From assembly GCA_902554745.1 (NCBI GenBank), contig CACDQA010000001.1, positions 13,816 through 77,815 on the forward strand: a stretch of 64,000 nt of DNA, read 5' to 3'. Made by a program: the position numbers and the translations under genes. The stretch is from an uncultured Pelagibacteraceae bacterium (GTDB lineage Bacteria > Pseudomonadota > Alphaproteobacteria > Pelagibacterales > Pelagibacteraceae). The notes beneath the pieces are model-generated. The model saw only the letters and a list, made by a program, of their open reading frames with translations. It did not search any database and was not told where the DNA came from. Below are positions 48,886 to 58,640 of this stretch, one piece after another (position 1 is the first letter of the stretch; every line of letters starts with the position of its first letter).

Positions 48886-51537
48886 ATGGAACATTTATTT
48901 TTAGCTTTACTTGTAATTATAATGATTGGAGCATTAGCTTCTGGTTTTCCAGTAGCTTTTGCATTACCTGGATCAGCAATAATTTCAATCGGGCTTGCTG
49001 CTTTTTTTGGTTACTTATTTGCAGGAGATAGTAGTGCTTATTTTGCTGTTGATGGCCCCAAAGAATGGTTAACCGCCGGTATTACAAACTTTAGGAGTAA
49101 CTACTGGGATGTAGAAACTGATACTTTAATTGCAATTCCTTTATTTATTTTCATGGGGATCATGCTGCAAAAATCAAAAATTGCGGAAGATCTTTTGGTT
49201 ACGATGGGGCAGTTGTTTGGACCTATCCCTGGAGGCTTAGGAATATCAGTAATTTTTGTTGGAGCGTTACTTGCAGCTACCACGGGTATCGTTGGCGCAA
49301 CAGTAATAGCAATGGGATTAATATCATTACCCACAATGCTTAACAATAAATATGATAAAAGTTTAGCAAGTGGAATTGTTTGTTCATCAGGAACACTTGG
49401 GCAAATTATACCTCCATCAATTGTATTAATTATTATAGCCGATCAATTAGCTAGCGCAGCAGACGTTGCAAATACTATGCGTCAGACTGATTACAAAATT
49501 TTAACTGGTGAATTTAATATGCCTGGAGAATTTAGAGTGGGATCTACTTCTGCAGGAGATATGTTTTTGGGGGCATTATTACCTGGTTTAGTTTTGGTTG
49601 GTTTGTATATGATTTATGTATTTGTATACGCAAGACTAAATCCCAAGGCAGCTCCTCCCGTTCCATTTAAAGGAAATTTTGATTCAAAATTTTGGATTAA
49701 GGTTTTAATAGTAATTATTCCTCCCCTTGCTTTAATTTTTGCGGTTTTAGGATCTATACTTTTAGGTATTGCAACCGTTAATCAAGCTGGATCAATTGGA
49801 GCAATAGGTGCAACCATGATGGCTGGTTATCGTTTACATAAAGGAAAAAAAGATGCTTACTATCCAATTATAATTGCAATTTTATCTGTCATTCCAATTT
49901 ATATTTTATCTAAGAATTACAATTTAAATATTAAGGCTGTAGAAACTAGAGATCTTACAGCAATTTTTATTACAGGATTTTTTACAATTACTTTTTTAAT
50001 TGGAATTGTTTGGAGTTTTTGGAGAGCATACAAAATTGAGAATGTTTTAAGAGAGGTTGTTACAGAAACATGTGTAACGACTTCAATGGTTTTTATAATT
50101 TTATTAGGTGCTGCAATGTTAACCTCTGGATTTAGAGCATTTGGAGGTGAAGAGCTAGTAAGAGATTTTCTTCAAGATTTGCCAGGGGGATTTTGGACAC
50201 AGTTTATTGTTGTAATGGCAGTGATTTTTTTACTAGGTTTCTTTCTTGATTTTATAGAAATAGCCGTTGTTGTTGTTCCTATCATTGCTCCGATATTATT
50301 AGCTGAACCAGGAGCTAATGTAAGTGCAATTTGGCTTGGTGTAATGATTGGAGTAAATTTACAAACCTCATTTTTAACACCACCATTTGGTTTTGCATTA
50401 TTTTACTTAAAAGGTGTAGCTTCAAAACTTGTTACTACTTTAAATATTTGGAAAGGTGTGGTTCCATTCATTATTTTACAATTAATAGGCCTTGGAATTG
50501 TCGGTTTCTATCCATCATTAGTAAACTATCTACCAGCAAGAACATATTTAACATCGAACGTTGCTCCACCACCGATGAATCCAAAGTTACAATATTGCTT
50601 ACAAGAATACAAATTTGCGATTTACAACACTGAAGAACAAAGAATTACTAATGCAATAAAAGAAATGCAGAAATTAACTCCCGCAAATCTTCCAATGGAT
50701 AAATTAGATATTTTTGAAGAGCATTTTGATAATGCGCTTGGAACTTTTGCTATTGTTAAAAAACTTCAAAAAACGGAGGAAGAATACGCATTATTTACAA
50801 AAGACTATAGAGACTTGCATTTCAATGTAAGAAAAATTGAGAAAAAAATTAGAAAAATAGACCAGAAAATTAAAAAAACAAAAGCTGAAATTAGAAATTT
50901 AGATGATGATAACTTATCAGGTAAAAATAAATTAGAATTAAAGATCGAGAATTACGAGCTAGAAATTAAAGAACTTCAAAATAAAATTCCTGAAAGCTGG
51001 AAAGCTAAAAATGGAGAGTTTGAAATATTGCACAAAGCAAAAAACACAAGAACTAAAAGATATAGAAAAAACGTTGATGAAGCTTATGAAACTCTGGATC
51101 AAATAGTGATGTTTATAAATGACAATGAAAAATTAAAAGAACTTTCACCAGAAATAAAAGAATTAAAATATAATATTGATAATAGAAATTACGAAAACGC
51201 AATATCAATAATTGATAATCTTTTTGAAAAACTAGGAGAAATTTCTGGAACCGAAGAATTTGCAAATAAATTAGATGACCTAATATCTGTTATAGATAAT
51301 GATGAGGTCGATGAGCAAAAATTGTCTGAAGTAAGTTCAGAGACCTTTGATCTTTTCAATTTAGAAGTTTCATGGAGAGATGATGCTAATAAGAATTTGA
51401 TGCCTGAATTAATTAAATATAATGATGTTATCAAACATAATATTGGTCTTAGACTTCAAAACAGATTAACTAAAGAACAAGCTAAATTTGTTGCTAGGTG
51501 TAACTCAGTTCATAGAGATATATCTTTAAACTTTTAA
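48886..51537 (+). CDS. dctM: TRAP large permease with a ~330-aa soluble C-terminal extension
   Basis: AIPLFIFMG, GTLGQIIPPSI and NLQTSFLTPPFG motifs, then a K/E-rich helical tail. Confidence 0.9.
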   Translation: MEHLFLALLVIIMIGALASGFPVAFALPGSAIISIGLAAFFGYLFAGDSSAYFAVDGPKEWLTAGITNFRSNYWDVETDTLIAIPLFIFMGIMLQKSKIAEDLLVTMGQLFGPIPGGLGISVIFVGALLAATTGIVGATVIAMGLISLPTMLNNKYDKSLASGIVCSSGTLGQIIPPSIVLIIIADQLASAADVANTMRQTDYKILTGEFNMPGEFRVGSTSAGDMFLGALLPGLVLVGLYMIYVFVYARLNPKAAPPVPFKGNFDSKFWIKVLIVIIPPLALIFAVLGSILLGIATVNQAGSIGAIGATMMAGYRLHKGKKDAYYPIIIAILSVIPIYILSKNYNLNIKAVETRDLTAIFITGFFTITFLIGIVWSFWRAYKIENVLREVVTETCVTTSMVFIILLGAAMLTSGFRAFGGEELVRDFLQDLPGGFWTQFIVVMAVIFLLGFFLDFIEIAVVVVPIIAPILLAEPGANVSAIWLGVMIGVNLQTSFLTPPFGFALFYLKGVASKLVTTLNIWKGVVPFIILQLIGLGIVGFYPSLVNYLPARTYLTSNVAPPPMNPKLQYCLQEYKFAIYNTEEQRITNAIKEMQKLTPANLPMDKLDIFEEHFDNALGTFAIVKKLQKTEEEYALFTKDYRDLHFNVRKIEKKIRKIDQKIKKTKAEIRNLDDDNLSGKNKLELKIENYELEIKELQNKIPESWKAKNGEFEILHKAKNTRTKRYRKNVDEAYETLDQIVMFINDNEKLKELSPEIKELKYNIDNRNYENAISIIDNLFEKLGEISGTEEFANKLDDLISVIDNDEVDEQKLSEVSSETFDLFNLEVSWRDDANKNLMPELIKYNDVIKHNIGLRLQNRLTKEQAKFVARCNSVHRDISLNF

Positions 51538-51540
51538 TTA

Positions 51541-52779
51541 ATGGAAAATTATATTTTACCAAAAAAACAGGCTATTATTGTTTTTTTTGTATTTGCATTT
51601 GGTTATTTTTTATCATGTTTGTTACGTGCAATTACTGCAACACTTTCACCAGTATTAACCTCAGAATTTAATTTATTAGCAGCTGATTTGGGATTATTAG
51701 CTGGAGGTTATTTTTTAGGTTTTGCTTGTATGCAAATACCGCTTGGATATTTGTTAGATAAATATGGACCAAAAAAAATTGTCTCTTCTTTTTTATTAAT
51801 CGCATTGGTTGGAACAGGATCATTTGCTTTAGCTGAAAGCTTTTCTGGATTGTTAGTTTCACGAATTCTAATTGGTATAGGTGTAAGTGCTTGTTTGATG
51901 GCTCCGTTAACGGGTTACAGAATATGGTATGCAGAAAATCAGCAACAAAGAGCAAACTCATGGATGTTAATGATTGCATCATTAGGTTTTTTGTCATCCA
52001 CATTGCCTGTACAACTTTTATTGCCTAGTTTCGGATGGAGATGGATATTTGGAGGTATCGCTATCTTAATTTTAATTAGTATTTTTTTAATGTTATTTTT
52101 CATTCCAAAATGGAATTTAACTAAAAATAAAGAGTTAGAAGAGCCAAGTAATACTGGAACTTTATCAGAAGTTTGGAAAAATAGATTTTTTATAAGTGTA
52201 ATTCCAATGGGTTTATTTAATTATGGGGGCTTAATGGCTATTCAGACTTTATGGGCAGGCCCATGGATGACTAGAGTTGCTGGTTATACACCACTTCAGA
52301 GCGCTACAGGATTATTTTGGATCAATGTAACTATGTTGGTATCCTTTTTTTTGTGGGGTTATTTTTTACCAAAAATTTCAGTAATAGGGTTTAGCGCTAA
52401 AAGAATACTTAAATTAGGTTTGCCAATTAGTTTTTCTGTAATGTTAGTGATAATTTTATTAGGTCCTAAAGCCGGAGCTTTTTACATAACTTTATTTATT
52501 TTAAGTTCAATTTTTTTATCAGTTACACAGCCAGCTGTGGGCCTTTCTTTTTCAGGTTATTCTGCTGGTAAAGCACTAACTTCATTCAATTTATTAATAT
52601 TTGCAGGAACATTCATAATGCAATGGTTAATGGGCTTAGTGATAGATATTGTTAAAGGGATGGGTCACACAGAAATATTTGCTTTTAAATCAGCTTTTTC
52701 AGTTTTCTTAATCTTAAGTATTATTTCTTATATATTTTTTTTAATATTAAATAGAAAAAAATATGAAAATAAAACGTAG
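51541..52779 (+). CDS. MFS transporter
   Basis: About 12 TM helices; motif A GYLLDKYGPKK. Confidence 0.9.
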   Translation: MENYILPKKQAIIVFFVFAFGYFLSCLLRAITATLSPVLTSEFNLLAADLGLLAGGYFLGFACMQIPLGYLLDKYGPKKIVSSFLLIALVGTGSFALAESFSGLLVSRILIGIGVSACLMAPLTGYRIWYAENQQQRANSWMLMIASLGFLSSTLPVQLLLPSFGWRWIFGGIAILILISIFLMLFFIPKWNLTKNKELEEPSNTGTLSEVWKNRFFISVIPMGLFNYGGLMAIQTLWAGPWMTRVAGYTPLQSATGLFWINVTMLVSFFLWGYFLPKISVIGFSAKRILKLGLPISFSVMLVIILLGPKAGAFYITLFILSSIFLSVTQPAVGLSFSGYSAGKALTSFNLLIFAGTFIMQWLMGLVIDIVKGMGHTEIFAFKSAFSVFLILSIISYIFFLILNRKKYENKT

Positions 52780-53581
52780 GAATTTTTTTTTGGAATTATT
52801 TATTGGAATTGTTGCTATTTACTTAATCGTTTTAATTTTCTTATTTTTTTTTCAAAGAAATTTAATGTATCATCCTGATGAGAATAATTATTCTGGAGAT
52901 AATTTAGAAGTTAACATTGAAAAAGTTACCATCAAAACAACTGATAATATTAATCTTTTAGGCTGGTTTCATAATAAAAATTTAAAAAGTTATAAAACAA
53001 TAGTTTATTTTCACGGAAATGCAGGGACACTTGAAAACAGGATCCATAAGTTAAATCATTTTAAAGACATGGATGTTAATTTTTTAATTATTGCATGGAG
53101 AGGGTTTAGCGGTAATAAAGGAAAACCAAGTGAGGAGGGTCTTTATACAGATGGTGCTAGTGCAATAAACTGGCTTAAAGAAAAAGGTCTAAATGAAGAA
53201 GATATAATTATTTATGGAGAGTCATTAGGAACTGGCATTGCCACTGAAATTACTCAGAATAAAAATTTTGCAGGGTTAATATTAGAAACGCCCTTCACAT
53301 CAATGATAGAGGCTGCGAAAAATTTTTATCCATATATTCCAGTAGGTTTAATTTTAAAAGATAAGTACGAAAATAATGAAAAAATTAAAAATATTAATAT
53401 TCCAGTATTAGTAATGCATGGTGAGGCTGACCAAATAGTTCCATTTTGGATGGGTAAAAAAATTTTTAACTTAGCAAGTGAACCTAAATATTCATATTTT
53501 ACAAAATATGACGATCATATGATGGAATATGATGATAAACTTGTATTAGCTCTTAAATCTTTTGTTGATAGTTTAAATTAA
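52763..53581 (+). CDS. membrane-anchored alpha/beta hydrolase (ABHD13/BEM46-like)
   Basis: FQRNLMYHP, YFHGNAG, GESLG and MHGEAD motifs. Confidence 0.88.
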   Translation: MKIKRRNFFLELFIGIVAIYLIVLIFLFFFQRNLMYHPDENNYSGDNLEVNIEKVTIKTTDNINLLGWFHNKNLKSYKTIVYFHGNAGTLENRIHKLNHFKDMDVNFLIIAWRGFSGNKGKPSEEGLYTDGASAINWLKEKGLNEEDIIIYGESLGTGIATEITQNKNFAGLILETPFTSMIEAAKNFYPYIPVGLILKDKYENNEKIKNINIPVLVMHGEADQIVPFWMGKKIFNLASEPKYSYFTKYDDHMMEYDDKLVLALKSFVDSLN

Positions 53582-53629
53582 GCCATAATCTAAACAAAGA
53601 TAATTCAAATTTTTTTTTTAAGTTAATTT

Positions 53630-54193
53630 ATGAAAAATTTTTTCTTATTTTTTATTGTCCTTTTTTCTTTAAATAATTTATCAAATGCCAAAGAAAATTT
53701 AGCATCTGTAGACAGCCTTTTTCATATTGATCAAATGAATTCTCACGACGAAAATTTTGCATTATATTTTAAAACCCGTGAAAAAGCTGTCTTGGCTCGA
53801 GGAGAAAATTCAAATTATATAAATGATTTTCCAAAAGATCTTTATATTTATAACTACAAAACAAAAGAGTCTTTGCCATTAATTTCTTATGAATGGTTTC
53901 CTAAAACGGCAAAATATTTTTTGCAAGAGTATGATTTCCCAGTTTTTCCAGATGATTTTGCATATTATCTTTTAAAAGATAACAAAACTCTGGTGATGAT
54001 TAGTGCTGTAAAAAGTCTAAAAGCTAATTTTAAATTTGATATTGTTGAAAAAAAGTTAGAGCTTTATCCTTTAAATGGAAAATTTGATTTTATTATTTCT
54101 TCAATAGCTAAAAATTGTGGACATTATGAATTTAAAGAACACTACAAATGTAGTTTTTATAAACCTTTAATTTCCAGTACCTTAATTAATTAA
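53630..54193 (+). CDS. exported hypothetical protein
   Basis: Signal peptide; no family recognised. Confidence 0.7.
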   Translation: MKNFFLFFIVLFSLNNLSNAKENLASVDSLFHIDQMNSHDENFALYFKTREKAVLARGENSNYINDFPKDLYIYNYKTKESLPLISYEWFPKTAKYFLQEYDFPVFPDDFAYYLLKDNKTLVMISAVKSLKANFKFDIVEKKLELYPLNGKFDFIISSIAKNCGHYEFKEHYKCSFYKPLISSTLIN

Positions 54194-55103
54194 TTTGAGT
54201 AAATGCTTCGGCGAATTTTTCAGCCTCAAAAATTTGTAAATCATCTTCTTTTTCACCTAATCCAAGCGCAATAATTGGTAGTTTATATTTTTTAGCAACA
54301 GCTAAAAGAATACCTCCTTTTGCTGTGCCATCTAATTTTGTCATAATAAGACCAGTTATTGGAATAATTTTGTTAAATTCTTCAACTTGATTAATTACAT
54401 TTTGGCCAGAAGTTGCATCCAAAACTAAAATAACATCATGTGGAGCATCAGGATCAATTTTTTTAGTAACGTTTGCAATTTTTTTATATTCTTCCATCAA
54501 ATTTTTTTTATTTTGTAGTCTTCCAGCTGTATCAATTAAAACTTGGTTAAAATTATTGTTTAATGCTTCTTCAATAGCCTTGTAAGCGACTGATGCAGGA
54601 TCAGAACCTTGAGATGATTTTGTAATTTGAACATCAACTTTGTTTGCCCAATTTTCTAGTTGTTCTATAGCTGCTGCTCTAAAAGTATCTGATGCAGCTA
54701 GCATTACTTTGTTTCCATTACCCTTTAATATTTTGCTTATTTTTCCAATAGTAGTTGTCTTTCCAACACCATTGACACCTGAAATTAATGTTGCATTTAA
54801 TTTTTCTTTTTTTTTAAAGAATTCAATATTTTCTAAAGGTTTCATAATTGAAATAATATAATTTTTTAAAATATTATTTATTTCGTCGGTTAAATCTTTA
54901 TTGGGATCAATTTTTGTTTGAGAAATTATTTCTCTTATTTCTGAAGCAGAAACAATACCAACATCGGATTGAATTAAGTAATCTTCAATCTTATCTAATG
55001 TTTTGTCATCAATCTCTTTTTTTACAACTATATCCCTTAAACCCGTTGTAAAAGCTGAGGCACTTTTTTTAAAACCTGATTTAAATTTTTCAAAAATTCC
55101 CAT
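54186..55103 (-). CDS. ftsY: SRP receptor FtsY (NG domain only)
   Basis: GVNGVGKTT, DTFRAAA, DTAGR and TKLDGTAKGG motifs. Confidence 0.97.
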   Translation of the reverse strand: MGIFEKFKSGFKKSASAFTTGLRDIVVKKEIDDKTLDKIEDYLIQSDVGIVSASEIREIISQTKIDPNKDLTDEINNILKNYIISIMKPLENIEFFKKKEKLNATLISGVNGVGKTTTIGKISKILKGNGNKVMLAASDTFRAAAIEQLENWANKVDVQITKSSQGSDPASVAYKAIEEALNNNFNQVLIDTAGRLQNKKNLMEEYKKIANVTKKIDPDAPHDVILVLDATSGQNVINQVEEFNKIIPITGLIMTKLDGTAKGGILLAVAKKYKLPIIALGLGEKEDDLQIFEAEKFAEAFTQIN

Positions 55104-55927
55104 TAAATTTTAAAATTTATCTCCTCAATATCTGAAACTGGTCCTTTCATATGAATACTATTGTTTTCATCAATTGAAATTGTCAATCTACCTGTGGAAA
55201 ATTCAATATCAACTTTATCATTTACCAGTCCGTTTTGTTTTGCGGCAAAAGCTGTTGCGCAAGCTGCAGTTCCACAAGCCTTGGTAAGCCCAGCTCCTCT
55301 TTCCCACACTCTAACTTTTATCAATTCTTTGTTAACAACAGTTGCTAACGTAACATTACATTTTTCTGGAAATAGAGAGTGGGTTTCAATTTTTGGTCCA
55401 ATTTTTTCAATTTCAAAATTTTCGTTATTATCAACAAAAAAAACTACATGTGGATTTCCAACATTTACAGCACTTCCACCAGAAAATTCTTTATTATTTT
55501 TGTCATTAATTTTAATTCCTAAATTATTCGTGTTTAATTCTTTAGACAATGGAATCTCATCCCATTTTGTTTTTGCAACACCTATTTCTGTTGAAACCAT
55601 TTTTTCTCCAACAATATTTGATTTTAATTTGCCAGATAAAGTTGTTAAGACAATTTCTTTTTTGTTATTTTCTTTGCCTAATAAATCAGCAATACATCGC
55701 GTACCATTTCCACACGCACCAGACATTCCTCCATCTGAATTATAAAATTCTAGTGAAGCATCTGAAATATCATTTTTTTTAATCAATATTAGTTGGTCAC
55801 AACCAATAAATTTTCTGTCACAAATCTTTATTATTTGCTCTTTCGTCAAATTTGTAATTGTTTGCCTATTATCTATGATGACAAAATCATTACCTAAACC
55901 GTCCATTTTAAAAGCTTTAATATCCAT
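55103..55927 (-). CDS. dapF: diaminopimelate epimerase
   Basis: GLGNDF, ACGNGTRC, GNPH and ERGAGLTKACGT motifs. Confidence 0.97.
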   Translation of the reverse strand: MDIKAFKMDGLGNDFVIIDNRQTITNLTKEQIIKICDRKFIGCDQLILIKKNDISDASLEFYNSDGGMSGACGNGTRCIADLLGKENNKKEIVLTTLSGKLKSNIVGEKMVSTEIGVAKTKWDEIPLSKELNTNNLGIKINDKNNKEFSGGSAVNVGNPHVVFFVDNNENFEIEKIGPKIETHSLFPEKCNVTLATVVNKELIKVRVWERGAGLTKACGTAACATAFAAKQNGLVNDKVDIEFSTGRLTISIDENNSIHMKGPVSDIEEINFKI

Positions 55928-55983
55928 ATATAGATATTTAACTTATTTATTGACTTTTTGAACCTCTATTATAGGTTGTTGCC

Positions 55984-56087
55984 GTTTCCGCAAAAACATT
56001 AACTTTGCGGTGTCTTTGGAAACAAAGAGATCGACACTAGTCAGCGAGGGTTCGCCCACTAGTGCGTTACTGCTATGCGTAATAAAT
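55984..56087 (+). promoter_or_regulatory. structured ffh leader RNA (ffh motif)
   Basis: GC-rich stretch with hairpins 55988-56010, 56013-56028 (GAAA loop) and 56035-56064; TTGACT at 55950 upstream; an ffh-leader motif has been described in Pelagibacter. Confidence 0.75.
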
Positions 56088-57446
56088 ATGTTTGAAAATT
56101 TAACAAATAAATTTGAAGAAATTTTTTCTTCTCTGAAAAAGGCACCTTCCCTTGATGAAGCTCAAGTAGATGAAGGTTTAAGAGGTATTAGACAAGCCTT
56201 ACTTGAAGCAGATGTCTCTTTGGATGTTGCAAAAGATTTTATTGAAAAAGTTAAGCCAAAAGCATTAGGCCAAGAGATAATAAGGTCTACCTCTCCTGGG
56301 GATATGGTCGTTAAAATTGTTTATGATGAGCTTGTAGACTTATTAGGTGCAACAAACAATGAGATAAACTTAAACGCAGTACCGCCCGTGCCAATGATGT
56401 TAGTTGGGTTACAAGGTTCTGGAAAAACAACAACAACAGCAAAATTAGCAAAATTTTTAGAAACTAATAAAAAGAAAAAAGTAATGATGGTCAGTCTAGA
56501 TATTTACAGACCAGCTGCACAAGAACAACTTAGATCTTTAGGAGAACAAAATAATATTTTAACTTTACCTATTATAGAAGGTCAGCAACCTGCTGATATT
56601 TGTAGAAGAGCAATAAGTGCCGCTAATTTAAATGGAGCTGAAATAATTTTATTTGATACTGCTGGTAGAACTCAAATCGACTTACAAATGATGAGCGAGA
56701 TTAAGCAAATTGAAGCCGTCATTAATCCAACAGAAACTTTCTTAGTTGCAGACTCTTTAACAGGTCAAGTTGCAGCCTCAGTGGCAAAAGAATTTAAAAA
56801 TACAGTTAATTTATCTGGAATTATTTTAACTAGGGCTGATGGTGATGCAAGAGGTGGAGCCGCAGTGAGTATGAAATATGTTTCAAACGTACCAATTAAA
56901 TTTTTAGGGATAGGAGAAAAAATAGATAATCTTGAAGTATTCCATCCAGATAGAATTGCAAACAGAATACTAGGTATGGGGGATATCGTATCCCTTGTAG
57001 AAAAGGCGGCTCAAGATTTAGGAGAAGAAAATCTTAAAAAAGCAGAGGAAAATTTAAAAAAAGGTCAATTCTCTATGGAAGATTATTTATCTCAATTAAG
57101 ACAAATGAAAAAAATGGGTGGCATTGAGGGAATTATGTCTTTTATGCCCGGAGTTTCTAAAATTAAATCCCAAATGGATTCAGCGGGAATTGATGAAAGT
57201 ATAATTACTAAAAATGAAGCTGTTATTTTATCAATGACAAAAAAAGAAAGAGAGAACCCAAAAATAATAGATGGTTCTAGAAAAAAAAGAATTGCTAATG
57301 GCTCTGGCACAGATCCGGCCACTATCAATAAATTGCTTAAGCAATTTAAAATGATGTCTGAAATGATGAAAAAGATGTCAAAAGGAAATCTGAAAGGTAT
57401 GTCAGATAAAGGTATACCGCCAGAGCTATTTAACCAATTAAAGTAA
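56088..57446 (+). CDS. ffh: signal recognition particle protein
   Basis: Canonical MFENL start at 56088 (the 56010 extension is leader RNA); GLQGSGKTT, DTAGR and RILGMGD motifs. Confidence 0.97.
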   Translation: MFENLTNKFEEIFSSLKKAPSLDEAQVDEGLRGIRQALLEADVSLDVAKDFIEKVKPKALGQEIIRSTSPGDMVVKIVYDELVDLLGATNNEINLNAVPPVPMMLVGLQGSGKTTTTAKLAKFLETNKKKKVMMVSLDIYRPAAQEQLRSLGEQNNILTLPIIEGQQPADICRRAISAANLNGAEIILFDTAGRTQIDLQMMSEIKQIEAVINPTETFLVADSLTGQVAASVAKEFKNTVNLSGIILTRADGDARGGAAVSMKYVSNVPIKFLGIGEKIDNLEVFHPDRIANRILGMGDIVSLVEKAAQDLGEENLKKAEENLKKGQFSMEDYLSQLRQMKKMGGIEGIMSFMPGVSKIKSQMDSAGIDESIITKNEAVILSMTKKERENPKIIDGSRKKRIANGSGTDPATINKLLKQFKMMSEMMKKMSKGNLKGMSDKGIPPELFNQLK

Positions 57447-57458
57447 AAAGGAGAAGAA

Positions 57459-57923
57459 ATGTTAAAATTAAGATTATCAAGAGGTGGAACAAAAAAACGT
57501 CCTGTTTATAAAGTTGTTGTTGCCGACAGTCGTTTTGCAAGAGATGGAAGATTTATAGAAAAGGTTGGTTTCTTTAATCCTCTATTACCAAAAGAGAAAA
57601 AAGAAAGAGTGGGCCTAGAAGCTGAGAGAATTAAATATTGGCTTGGTCAGGGAGCTCAACCAACAACTCGAGTAGCAAGAATTTTAGGTGAGAACGAACT
57701 AATGCCTATGCCTGCAAATGGAAATAATCCAAATAAAGCAGTGCCAAAAAAAGAGAGAAATAAAAAAGAAGAGGATAATAAAGAAGCTCCAAAAGCAGAA
57801 GCAGCTCCAGCAGAAGCAGCTCCAGCAGCAGAAGCTCCTAAGGAAGAAGCTCCAAAAGCAGAAGCAGCTCCAGCAGCAGAAGCTCCTAAAGAAGAAGCAG
57901 CTCCAGCAGAGGAAAAAAAATAA
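57459..57923 (+). CDS. rpsP: 30S ribosomal protein S16 with Ala/Glu/Pro/Lys-rich tail
   Basis: [34 protein letters not shown]. Confidence 0.97.
   Translation: MLKLRLSRGGTKKRPVYKVVVADSRFARDGRFIEKVGFFNPLLPKEKKERVGLEAERIKYWLGQGAQPTTRVARILGENELMPMPANGNNPNKAVPKKERNKKEEDNKEAPKAEAAPAEAAPAAEAPKEEAPKAEAAPAAEAPKEEAAPAEEKK
57781..57910 (+). repeat. low-complexity coding repeats ([10 protein letters not shown])
   Basis: GAAGCTCCAAAAGCAGAAGCAGCTCCAGCAG occurs at 57783 and 57846; related units at about 59075-59150 in rplS. Confidence 0.85.
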
Positions 57924-57937
57924 TTTAAAGATTATTT

Positions 57938-58624
57938 ATGTGGCAAGCTCAAGTGTTTACACTTTATCCAGAGGTTTTTCCTGGTCCTTTATCTAAAGGA
58001 CTTTATGGAAAAGCGTTATCAAATAATTTATGGAAACTTAAAGTTGTAAACATAAGAGATGCAGCTGATGACAAACACAAAACAGTAGATGATACACCTT
58101 ATGGGGGCGGTTCAGGGATGTTATTAAAAGCAGATGTTCTTGCAAAGTCTTTAGATGAAAACAAAAATGAGAGTGAGAGAATTTTATACTTATCGCCAAA
58201 AGGAAAAAAATTTGATCAAAATTTAGCAAAAGAGCTAGCTAATGAAAAATCTCTGTCTTTAATTTGTGGTCATTTTGAAGGTGTGGACGAAAGAATACTT
58301 TCAACAAGAAATATTGAGGAAATTAGTATTGGAGATTATGTTTTGTCAGGCGGGGAGTCAGCAGCATATGTAGTCATAGATAGTATTTTAAGATTGCTTC
58401 CCGGTGTATTAGGAAATGAAAACTCTAAATTAGATGAAACCTTTGAAAATGGTCTTCTAGAGTACCCTCAGTATACAAAACCTCAAATTTGGGAGGAAAA
58501 AGCTGTGCCAGACGTACTATTATCAGGTGATCATAATAAAATTAAACACTGGCGTTTATCTCAATCTGAGGCTATAACACGCGTCCGAAGACCAGATTTA
58601 TGGGAAAAATATAAGAAGAATTAA
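57938..58624 (+). CDS. trmD: tRNA (guanine-N1)-methyltransferase
   Basis: [22 protein letters not shown] and [11 protein letters not shown] motifs. Confidence 0.97.
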   Translation: MWQAQVFTLYPEVFPGPLSKGLYGKALSNNLWKLKVVNIRDAADDKHKTVDDTPYGGGSGMLLKADVLAKSLDENKNESERILYLSPKGKKFDQNLAKELANEKSLSLICGHFEGVDERILSTRNIEEISIGDYVLSGGESAAYVVIDSILRLLPGVLGNENSKLDETFENGLLEYPQYTKPQIWEEKAVPDVLLSGDHNKIKHWRLSQSEAITRVRRPDLWEKYKKN

Positions 58625-58640
58625 TTTGATAAACATTAAC

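Noticed and set aside
55161-55745. 194-aa ORF on + strand
   Set aside because: Fully antisense to dapF, with no recognisable motif; a shadow ORF
56010-56087. 26-aa N-terminal extension of Ffh; also considered as SRP (4.5S) RNA
   Set aside because: The region is a structured leader and MFENL is the canonical start; the SRP domain IV CAGG/GGAA/AGCA pattern is absent
57781-57910. Repeats as a CRISPR array
   Set aside because: In-frame coding repeats, no unique spacers, no cas genes
57718-57996. 92-aa Gln/Lys-rich ORF
   Set aside because: Alternative-frame reading of the rpsP repeat tail
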